Source of the DNA: Phallusia mammillata
Taxonomy: Eukaryota
DNA: 64,000 nucleotides
Reading direction: 5' to 3'
NCBI GenBank assembly: GCA_965637545.1
Contig: OZ281496.1
Span: forward strand, 24,676,001-24,740,000
A program made the translations under genes and the position numbers. This document shows positions 27,001-39,000 of the stretch, one piece after another. Every line of letters begins with the position of its first letter. Within the stretch, counting starts at the first letter, position 1. Under the pieces are notes generated by a model. It saw nothing but the letters and a program-made list of their open reading frames with translations, was not told the DNA's origin and searched no databases.

Positions 27001-30000
27001 AATTGTTTTGGTCCAAACGGTTTCGAATAAACCGAGGTTTACTGTATTTGTAACTAGCGTTTGTATAAATTGTTTTTGATTAGTCTTTTATTGTTCAGCG
27101 TTGACCTATCCACTAAACGCAGTTTATCCAATGTGTATTACGCGCTGCTTTGCGAATATGCATGCAAGTCTGTAAACTTATGCATAGCAATTTTGTAACA
27201 CAAATCAATCCTACCAAAACTTGTTACTCCAAGGTCATCATTTTTAAACGTGTAAAGAACGCAACAGGGGGCTTGATAAGTACATGGCAACTTTTGCTAT
27301 TTTCTTTAGGGGGCAGAAACTTATGCTTCCTAAGGGTTAAATTAAAATTAACGGATGATTAGTGGCCATTTTGGTCTTCGCTGTTGACCTACTTACAACT
27401 ACTTGTAGCCAACCGATGCCTCGGGGCCTCATTAAAAAATACGCAAAAAACTTAAGATATCAATTCTTGCGACATGAAACTCCCTTTGGAACAACTGCCA
27501 CCGAACGAAACGATTTGCGTACTTTGTGACGTCAAAGTGTGAGAATGTACGTCAGAAAGAAGTCAAAAAACTTTAAATGCCCTTAGTTCTGTCGACAGCT
27601 GTACAAAACGTTGCTTAAATGACTTGTGTGTACATAACCTTCACTGGCGACACAAGCTCCAAAGCAAACGCTTACCGCCTTGGGAAAAACTCGCACCAAC
27701 GGGAACCTAAAATTCCTGTTTCTGTAATCCTTTTTTGTTTCCCCACTTAATCACACAATTTTCCTTTTGCTGTGGTTAATTTAAAAAAAAAGCGGATTTG
27801 CATTCAATTTAATTTGCCAATCACCGTTGGTTTGCCGTCCTATTACAGCTCTCGTCATGTTGCGTTTCCTGCATTTTAAGGCCGCAAGTTAAACTTAGTT
27901 AAACTACGTGCAGGAGTGGGGCACAATTTATTTTAAGTAACAAGCTTCAGAGAAAAATGATTGACTTAGATGTCGTGTCGTCATGGTATTCATATCGCAT
28001 GGTACCAAAGATTTATGCATGCTCCAGGTGTATAAAGCAAAAGTTGCATTATTCTGTCAACAAGTACAACGGGAATTAATGTAGCATCAGCAGCTCGCTA
28101 AATCGATTTCCAGAGTCGGGCGCAGGGGACTTCTCCGAAAACCACAATCGTCTATTATGACGCATGCGCGGCCATTGTTCGTGCTCGTCAGACCATAACC
28201 GCTCTTCCTGGGTCACCGTTACGCGAAGGCCCACTTTCGCACTGCGGGCCGACCGCTTCATAATTGACGCTTTCTCCAGTCTCAATCTCGTACAACGAGC
28301 CCCGAGTCTCCATAGCAACGTTTACTGGATCTCTAAGCCTTAAGCCCCTCTCTCGATTGCGCCACTTGCCACTCAGGCGGGAGCTCGTCATTCGCGCGGG
28401 AAATGCGCGTCTCTCTATTCGCCAGTCGCCGTGCGCGTGATCGGCTACGTCACGAGGATTCCTGAGCGACAAATTTGCAGCTGAGTAGAACGTTAGATTA
28501 GCGATGGAGAAGTGCGACGGGCGTATGTCAGGTCGCGTCTTGGCCTTGATTTGTTGTTGGCAACAGGGATTGTGTTGTGTTTTGAGGCGCCAGTCGCACA
28601 TCACAACTTACTCGAGTGGTTGTCCTATGACGATAGTAATTAGTCTATTTTCGAGGCTTTTGTATATCTGCGCTCGAAGCCCCCTTCGGAAAAACTGTGA
28701 TTGACAACTTTAAAATCGTTTTTTGTGTGTGAACCTTGTAATGTATTTTGTGTAACGTTTAGTTCTGCCTAGTTTTCCAATTGTTTCCAACAATGGCTGT
28801 CTATTCCGCCTGGCAAAATTTACGTTTGCAGATTTGAAAATCTTAAATTCGCTAAATTGGATTTATAAGAAAAGAGCAGAATTGCAAGCTGGTATTGTTT
28901 TTCTTGTCGAACTGCATAGTAACTTTGGACGTAGTGTTGTAGTAACGTAGTACTGATGTTGCAATCGTATCACCGCAAGTCAAATACGACCACCTGTTCG
29001 CAGCAAGAAGCGTCGCGGATAGTTTAACGACAACAACGCTTTTATGTTACAACTCGTTGCGGTTTAGCAGAGTACGCCGAATTGACACAATTTGTACTAA
29101 AATTTTCGATATTACAATTTTTATATGTTAGTAGGTTGTATTCTAAATTTATGCGCTTTTTGCTTTTCTAAAAAATATGTTTCAATGCAATTGGCAAGTG
29201 CTTCCTCAACTCGCACAAGGTTGGAGAGATTCGTATATTTCAGTTCGTGCTAAGCCTTTAATAAGATAGTTTTCACAAATTATGAAGAATGTTTTTTCTC
29301 ACTTAAAGAGATGGTATTGGTTTGGATGCTGACAATTTCGCGCCTTTTTTCGTGGGCAATTTTTCATCGTTTGGCCTCAGTTCGAGACGCGGCGGCGTCT
29401 GGGTTTTTGTTTTCGTTTTGCGACAAGCGATTAAATATTCATAGCAAACAGCAGCGCCCAATGGTGCTTGTTTACGTTAACCCCTGCTAGCCAAACACCC
29501 CCGAGTGCTGGAAATAACGAGCTCCCGTACTGTCGCCCACGTCTTGTTCCTAATTACACAACAGCATAAGCCTGTTTTGTATTCCAGTCGCCCTTTGGAG
29601 TCTCTGCATTCAGACGCTGCACCCTTTTTCTTGCGCCCCAAACGCGTGTGGCAACGCAGTATTGCCCATCTTGTGAAAATCACATTAATCGTTGCTCGTT
29701 GAGTCATATCATGGAAGATTCGTTGAGGAAAGGATGTCAGGATATGCAATTGAAGACGTAATAGCGAGAGCCGAGTTTATAGAGTTTGTTTACAGTAACG
29801 GTTTGAATTACTGCGCAAAGTTGCCAGACCCTAAAGGCAGTTTAACATCGAGCGACTTGTAAACGATATATTAGGCTCTTTTGAGGTTACGTGACACAAA
29901 TGTAATATCTTACATTGCAAAAGCCTTCGAGTCATCATACAGTTCTTAAAACAAGGGTGTCTTATATGAGATGCCTTTTCACCTGCTTTAAGTGCACATG

Positions 30001-33000
30001 CTTTGGTTGCAAAGTGAAACAATTTTAACAAAAATCATTATAAAGCAGAGATTTTTCACGTGTAATGAAGTATTTGATTTCTTAAATCGTTTATGTTGTG
30101 TGGTGAACTGAAAGTGTTTCCAGAATAGCCTTTTCCAACATTGCTTGTGGCTAGGGTGTTGCGTAGCGCGGGATACAAAAGACACGAACGTAGACCACTT
30201 GTAAAATCAACAAAGCCATGGATGACTCATCACTCCGGTTCAGAGTTCTCGCGTAAATGTTGACTCGCTGCGACGCAACGGTGCAAAGAAGCTCGTTCAC
30301 GACTAGACTTCAACTCGCAGCGTTAATTTGCACAGATGTTGGCAGAGCAGAATGAAACTTTATACCAGTATTAAGGCCTTTGACATTTAGAATAGAAATT
30401 AATGCTTTGCCCCTACCGTCTATGTTGTTAAATAGTGAAATATTATCCTCTGGCAAACATGGACTTTAATGCTTTGTTTTACGTCAGATGACCTTAGTAG
30501 GGTTAACGGCAGGTCTGCAACTATAACATGTCACATTCGGCTGATTACACAGACTTCGTCTAGTATTTGCACGTAAATGTGCATGCTGTGAGTTAATTAC
30601 TCTTAACCGTGTTTTTGCTTAAACAGATTATTGGCGTAATTTTTTGTGTTCTAATGTCTTAATCATTGTGGACAAATTTTGCGTGCATTGTGGCGCGCAA
30701 ATCCGATGCGACAGACCATCAATTTCCATTTTTCATCGTTCAAACTCGATCACTTCCAAATGCAAGAACTTCAAACGCTTGTTTCCCCATCCGAAAGTTT
30801 TTGGTAAGCAACTTTAGTCTGTTTGATGTTTCCTGTTTCATCTTTGGCTAAAGTGCGACGAAGTTGCTTTGTTGAGCCGATACCGCCTGTCATTTGTTCG
30901 GGGTATGCGAGGCCATGTTGTTGCAATTGACGCGCGTGCCTTTTGTGTAGAAGACTACCACCTTGGCGTTACCGGTCATTGCCATATAATCGGTTTCGCA
31001 ATTCATGGCAAGCGTTGCAGTCATCATAATTTCGCCCTTGTTATTGCTTCCGCTTTCGACTTAACAGACTGTAATTTGGAAGTAATCACACAAGTTTATT
31101 GCGGTGTGTAAATGGGAAAACGTGCGCTGGAGTAAAAGTAAACCGCATATATTGTTATTTTCAGCTTGCTACAGTGAAACGCGTTAGATGGGTTTTCCCA
31201 CTTTGCGCTGCTCCCAGTAACTACAACTTTTATTGTTCTGTTGATTTTTTTCTGGTTTTTATATTTTTGACAATTGGTCCATTGACACTCGTGAATTTGT
31301 TCGCCTGAGAAGTAATAACCGATGGGTTCCTCGCCATGTAGTTTTATAACGGAAAGTCGATAGGAAATTTTCTTTCTTGTAAAATGGTTTAAAAGGTATA
31401 TCGCAATGTTTAATGCATGATACAAGCGAAGTTGGCCCCTTTCTCGACAAATCTGGTAATAATAGTAAGAAATCAATTTTTTATTTGAATGTTGTCAAAA
31501 TTTGATGCATTTACGGTACCCTTGTACAATCCATCGCAAAAATAAATTTTATTGCGTTGATCAAAAACCGCTATTTCAATCTTTTTTTCTTCAGTATACA
31601 TTTCCATTAGTAAACTGAAATGTGATACTGCAACAATTTCATCGGGGGTTCGTTTTAAAAGCTGATCTGCAAAAACTCCACACGAAAGTAGTCTGGTCTG
31701 TAATCCCCTATTCCATTTCAGACGCATTGGAGTGATTTCAACCGTGCCTAATTTGAGGTCGGAGTACTGGTTAGCGTAAGGAATCGTGTTCAACTGCGGT
31801 ATACATTACCACCGCAGCGATACAAGCACCGTGACTTGTTTGCACCACTTTGCAGGCGCCCCCAGCCCAACTTGGACTAACACATGCTCAACGCGATTAT
31901 ATTACGGTTATTTTTGGACTCTCAGGCTTCCACGCGCATTTATATACGTCCTCGGTTAGGAGCTTTTTTCTCCTGTGCCAGCGGTTTCCGAAGCAAGACG
32001 GCACGTTGTCTTGTCATGAAGTGGAACGACAGATCAACTGCGAGTTGCAAGTGTAAATTAACCTGTTTGGCTAGGCCGAAACGCTTGCTGATAAACAAGC
32101 CGTAATAAGACTTAGTTCGTCAAGAAACAAGAACATACATATGTATATGCTCGCGCGATAGTATATTATCGTGCCACGCAAGTCAACCCACATGATTTTA
32201 CGACATGTTAATCAACACTTGTAACACAAGACAGTTCGAGATAAATTAGAATTAACATGTTCTGTGCGACGACAGTTGGTCAACATCTGTAATGTTTAGA
32301 AAATGGTGTTTCTCCCAATCTTGCAGGTTGAAACTAACGTTTTTGGTCAAAACCACACGTTTCTTGCTTGTGTTTGTTTTTAAACAAGTTTCAATGGAAA
32401 AAGGTGTCAATTTTGCGCTGAATCTAGGTTGTTTTCCATGTCTGGCGTATGGTTTAAAGTTTATGAGGTCCATTTCGTATCATAGTGATGTACGAAAAAC
32501 AGTATGCATCGAATTTATCATACACCTATAATTATCTTTTTATCTCTATGGGTGCAAAAAACATAAACCACCAAACACAATTTATAGTAGTTCTATTTTA
32601 TTTGCCAAAATGCAAAATACTTTACAACTACTTGTTTTGTTTTACTGTCTGTTACCGGCACAAAACTTCCATAGCATGCCCGAGGTATTTCACCCGGGTA
32701 TTACCTGTGGGACGGAGCACACCACTACCTGTTTCGTAGCCTAAAATACTTCACTGTCTAGAGTAGTGCTTCTCAACTAGTAGCCAGAATCATGTTTGTG
32801 GAAAATGAGTTTCAAAATATGGAAATGTAAGTTTAAAGTTGTTTTATTATTGCCCCATTGCCAAAAGATTCGAACTATCACTATAACAAATGCTTTGATG
32901 GCGAATAAATACAGGTTAATTGGTGTTTTTAGTGGCCTGCTTTTATGTTTCTAGTTTGGTATTATAGAATTTTTTAATTGAATTTTATACCTTTTAGACA

Positions 33001-36000
33001 TGCATTTGAAGTGTTGTTTATATCTTATTGTATTCCTTATGGCAGGGGTGTCCAAACTGCGGCCCCCGACGGCATATTAAGTGGCCCGCGGCTGTTTTTT
33101 TTAAATTGTGTTGCGTATGGCCCGCCATAGTTTGAAACTTTGGATTAAGTTTTTGGGTTTTGGCGACGCTACATCACGCAAAAGCTTTCCATCGAACTTC
33201 ATTTACCGGTAAAAAGGAAGGTGCTGACTCAACAAAATCACAAAATTTCCTTAAATCCTGTAAATTTGTGTCTTAATTCTGAAAAAACGTTGGCCCGCGG
33301 CCCGCGGGCGTCTTTACCTGGTAAAATTTGGCCCCCGTTAAAAAAAGTTTGGACACCCCTGCCTTATGGGAAACAATATATTAACCTTTTTTTGAAAAAA
33401 ATGCCTGAAATGTTTACAAAATATTGCTACCTTTGGTCACCCAAATTTGAACAATATACAAAAGCATGTTTGTATATTGTTCAAATTTGGGTGGCTTGCC
33501 GTGCCACAGAGTACGTAGTTTTCTGTTCCTCTTTCGGATGCCTGGAATTGTTTTCACATATGCGCATCTGTGCATCTGTGAATTGCGATCGAATTCAAGT
33601 ATCGGTTGCAGTTATAAGTTTACTGCGGATTAGTGGTCAATTTTTGAATAAGAATTAATATTTCACGCAGAAATGTTTTTGTTTGTTGTAATGTTTGTGT
33701 GCTTTTTAGTCTCACACAGTGGTTTTTAAACCCTGCGCCCTGGAAGGTAGCCAGGTGGGGCCAAAAATAACGAAAAATTTTGTTTATATGATACGATTCG
33801 TAAAGTTGATTACCGTCTTATTCGCATTGTATCAATTGTGGATCCCCGAAATTTTGACTATCTATGTATAAGTTTTTGAGAAACACTAGCCTAACAAGTC
33901 AAATGAAACTAATTTATGCTTATTTTACGCAAGCATAAGACACATCAAGACATGAAACAAAAATAATCAATTTTTGGAGCGCTTGCGTGCCAGACATTGA
34001 ATCTTCCACTTGTCAACATTTTTCAGCTACATCAAATCCACCTTTGCGCCATGACGCAATTTCTTGTAAAAACAAGCTGTCTTGCTTCAATAGAAATTTG
34101 ATTGTTGTCCCCCAAATAATCGTTGCCGTCAGATTTTCAATCGCGACCCTTCTGGCAGGAGCGTGTGAAAATTACACACTATCGATTTATGCTTCAAACC
34201 GCAGTCAGGCTATATTAAGGTTAAAACATTCAGCCCCCGCTCAATGATATCAGAAAGGGTAATTGCACTTGTCTTATGATCGCCATAAAATTGAACCGTT
34301 TAATTGTTTAGTGCGTAACTGTCAAGATTTATGTTATTGGTACCATACACTATGCCTTACGATTCAACAATCTTAGTTATCAGTGGTTGCAATTGTTCAA
34401 AGATGCATTTACTTTGTACTAGCTTTCTGGCGACTTATTAGATAAAGTTGCCTTTTTTTATCTCAACACCATGTAACTAGACATAAATTTTGCAAACAAA
34501 CGTATGATCATGCGTGCGTTGTGTGCAAATACTGTTTGCAAAACCGATCCTTACCGTTGGTTGATGTCTTAAACAAGACCCACTCACCTGTATTGCTGCT
34601 GTGGCGTTGACCTCGGTCACAAGACGAGCATGGCTACACGCTGGCACGTGGTGAGTGTTTAGATGCGTGGGTTTGTTTGCCAAAGGCATATCGACGTCTT
34701 AACGCAAAGTGTTAAGTCCACCAAGCCCACGCACTCCCCCAATGCTGGGAAACGCCAGTTGCAACGTATTGATTTGAACGAAAACGACCATAACGCTGGG
34801 ACCACTCGGTGTATGTCTTTGATTTTTTGGGGGGAACAAAAACAGCACAAAACGCGGTGTCATTGTTTTGATCAGTGCGGCTTCCAATCGATTTTTTACA
34901 AATTTACAGGCATGTTTATTGAAAATAGACCGTTTTACTAAATTAATGGGCGCTGTTGTTTGCCTTGGATGCTGAAATACTATTTTCGAATCCAAATTTT
35001 ATTTAGTGCAAAACCAATTAGTAATCTCAACGCAACCCTTACAGATGCTACGTTTGAATGGTTTATTTCCAAGTCAGTCCAACTTAAAAAGTTGAGACAT
35101 AGATGAATAGCTGGGATCAGCCCTGACGCGTCGACGCACACCAGCGATCACGGGACAGTCATGTAGATCATAGTACGCCAGGCCTATTAAAGGCGTTTTA
35201 CCGAATCAGCTGGTCCCCAAGCGTTCACCATATGGCAAGGCGTAGGCTAGAAAAATCTAGCCTGCGGTGGGATTCGAACCCACGACTGGAGTCTTTGCGG
35301 GCGCTCTACCAACTGAGCTACACGAGCTCAGTGGAGAACCCGCCGAAAGTTGAATCACAAGCACCGTTGCCTGCCTCGTATGCTGAACATAAAAAGTTGT
35401 AGAATTACTTGTAATACGTTTGCGATGTTTTTTGCAGGAACGACATCACAGTTGTCCCTCCTCTGTTCACCTTCAGCGAAACCGAGGGCGCTCTGGAAAA
35501 CTCTTTGCAGCTGGATGTCTTCTCTACCAACGAACTTTCAGGGTTTTCAACAAATCAAACTGAGACGCAGAACCCAGGTGAAGAATCTGGAAATCTGAAT
35601 ACCATCTCAACTGCCCAAAACGTTCAAAATTCTGAAGAGGTATGTAACTTGCTTAAAGAAATAATCAGATTTTCTAACAAATATCTGCCATCTGACGTTC
35701 GCGAACACTTAAGGCTTTAAAAATAAACATTCAATGCGTCAAAATCAAAAACATGCTTTGCATCCGTTACGTGTGAATATTCACTGACAACTACATTCTG
35801 CAACAAATAACCTTTTTTTCGCACAGTGTACTTAAAACGACTTCATCGACGTTGTTAGGTTGTAAATTTTAACTTATAACTCCTCCATTTAAACCTCCTT
35901 CAATGTCAAGTTTAATATTTTGCGCCACGTTATCGTGATAGTTATATCACGTTTACTCAAAATCTAGGTAGCTATGCAAAAATCCAAACAAGTGTTAAGT

Positions 36001-39000
36001 CACTCTGTATTAATTCAAACCAACAATTGCGCAATGAAAAAGTATGGTCATGCCCAAGAAAAGTGGTTTGTGTTTGCCAAGGTGTATCTGGGCGAAAGAT
36101 ATATGCAACGCTGGTGAAAGTGGTCGCAATTCAGTTTTATGATCCTTACTTATCCAAACTATTTTTCTTGCTCGTATTTAACGATGCAATAAACCCTAAA
36201 TTTGCGAACAAGCCCGAATTACTGTTTGCAGAAATCCCTTTCACCGGGAGCGCTAATAGACTCAAACTTCAAAGGTGAATGAACTCTGTTTAAATTGACA
36301 AAGTGAAGCCTATCTTAAACTACACAAAAGAATATTTAAACCAAATATTTAAGTGAGCGCTCTCCTCTTGTTCGGTGATACTGTCATACTTGAGACAGAA
36401 TAGGAAGATTTGCAGATATGTGCGGTTTGCCCCGCACTTAAAAAGATTACGCCTGCTTTGAGATTTACACCACAAAAATCCATTGTCTAGTCTCTTACAT
36501 TTGCGGTCAGAAATCGTCGTTCTATTTAACATTAAATGTCGTGTCGAGTTCAGATGAGTTTGTTTTTCTATCTCACTTTATCTTTTTGTACCAAGTTTTT
36601 AACTTCATTTGTACAACCTCTTTTTCCTTGTTGACTACATAATTTCAAAAGTAAACAATCCGAAATAGGAGTAACTACACAAACATTGGATCGGTTCTAT
36701 GTATTTTCAATTGAAAGTTACTTTCGCACCTACTGCTAAATTTATAAACCAACATAGGTGTGAAATATAACACACCTTGACCCTTGACACACCTTGACTG
36801 TAAGTTCGAAGTCTTGATATTATTTCGTTGGTGCGGCGTTTGGAAACATGATTAGGCATTTTTGTGATGTCGCTCAGCAAATATACTCATTACATTTTGG
36901 TGCTTTAAAACGCGTTATGAATCATTTGATCGGTTGCACTATTCCTAATAGTTGTAACAAACACTCAATAACCTTGGTTGTCCATTGTCCAGTTGCTTCC
37001 CCTGGGCATTTAAGTTTCGGTTGGCCTTGTTTTATTGATGTCAACAGCTTAATCCCAGATCGGACATTTATTGCCCTGGTGGCTTGGGCTACCTCAACGG
37101 TCGTAAAGTTTTAACTACCGTAAAGCATGATAATAAAGTCGTTTCGGACTGACTCCGCCAACTTTTCGATGATTCATGATGATAAGAACTAATTTGTAGG
37201 TCGAACTTTACAAGGGGAACTCTGGAGTATTACAAGTTTGGAATTGTTTTCGAACCTAAATTTGAAAACATTTAACTTGTCATGTATACTCAGTCGAACT
37301 GATTTGAAACAAATTTAATTGAGTATATCCTGTTTTGTATATTTTCAAATGTAAGGTCATTATTACTTATATCTCTTACGCCTTTTTCGACCCTGTTTCT
37401 TCATTACATTTTTTACTGGCATACATTTTACCCACACAGTTCAAACTCCTCAAGTAAATCAGCAAACAGTTAAACTTTTTCCCAGGTACCCTATTCGCAA
37501 GAGTATTTATTCGTTATGGCGGTTCCCGAACTGTTAACCCCTAATTGAACTTCTACTTTATGAGCACAAACGTAAAACCTCAAACACGTCTTTGTAAGTA
37601 TTTAGGGGGAGCAACCCAGGAGGTTTACAATGCTAACACAAACGCTTCTTGCGCTGTTGGTTTGTGTTCATCGGGACTATTACTCAATTCTGTTCCCGAG
37701 TTCTGTGAAAGAAACTTGTAATGTTTACTTTGTACTTTCATGGAAGGTTGAAAATGTTTTTAGGCTACTGGTCTTCGTAATGCAAAGAATTTGTAAAAAT
37801 GGTTTTCTTTTTCTTTGTGGCGTAATGCAAATCTTAATATTTTCAGTGTGCATTTAAACATTTTTTCTACACAATCAAAATTATAGGGTACCTGTATTAC
37901 ACTAGTATTACATATTACAAACAGCGGAGGAATTTTGGTTTCTTTCAACAAACACCATTTACGAGCGTCCAACATTTTTATTGGCCTTGAAACAATTGCA
38001 TCACAGACTAAGTCAGCGAAAACGAGACCATAAAAATTCAAAACGCTTAGGCAGCAGTTACTTCTTCGATCAGACTTCAGTGCATGACGAATTAAGCCAT
38101 TCGTTTGCCGGGTTGGCGATGTTTATTCTCCAAACTTTGGGCAAATATTTCCCGAGAAAGTCAATCAGGTCTGGTCATGCCCGGTCGTATTTTGCTGAAC
38201 CCTCTTCTAACTTACGTGACTCTGGAAGCTGGAGAATGCAACCATCCTCCTTCTGGTTTTCTTTGACTGTTTTCGGACTTTAACGACGTTTGGGAATTTT
38301 CAGGGTTTCCCAAATAACATTTGGAACAGCGAAAGCCTTTTTTGAGTCCGATGACTCAACTTTTTAGTATGTTGCTGTCGTTAAAAGCGACTTTCTCTAA
38401 ATTGTTGTTTTCTTGTGGTATAAATTTTTGTTTTCATTTCATCCACACTGTAGAGCTGTTTTGTGTCTTGGCGCGTTTTTGGCTTTAAATCGCAAAGACT
38501 TTTTACTTCATCTTACATGTTTACATAATAATATGCCACAAAATGCTCAACATTTCAAAGAAATCAGGTTTGGCGAGAACTGAACATTCCTTTATCCAAG
38601 TCTCTCTTTACAACCTTTTTCTTGGAACGCCTTTTCTCTCTTGCAGCTGTCTTCTTCTAATTTCGCTCTGCCTTTCTCTCGTATTTTAAAATGCCCGGCG
38701 GTTGGAAAACCACACTGAGGCGGAGACGGACTGCTTGTGTTCCTCCCATTGTCTGTGACATCCCATTCAATCTCCAATCCTTCGCTGCCCACAGTTTGCA
38801 CAAGATTTTCCGCAGACTTTTTGTCACCGACTCCACGTTTTCTAGCAATTGTAAATGACAACTTGTTCTGTAGGTTACTGTAAGCAGACTTCCAACTTTA
38901 ACCCAAGTCTTCAAAACCATAATTTGCCTTTGTGTAGTGTGGTATTTATTTATTTGTTTATCTCATCGTGTAAAGCTATAATTGCTTTGTAAGCCACTGA

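Noticed and set aside
28188-28604. 138-aa minus ORF
   Set aside because: GC-rich region with naturally few stops; no domain or splice support. Better explained as regulatory DNA.
29477-30504. piggyBac-like MITE (TTAACCC ... GGGTTAA)
   Set aside because: Terminal similarity does not extend convincingly beyond 7 bp.
32764-32885. hAT-like element starting TAGTGCTTCTCAACT
   Set aside because: Right TIR too degenerate and no TSD.
35260-35327. Functional tRNA gene
   Set aside because: Anticodon arm and acceptor stem do not pair; treated as a SINE head.
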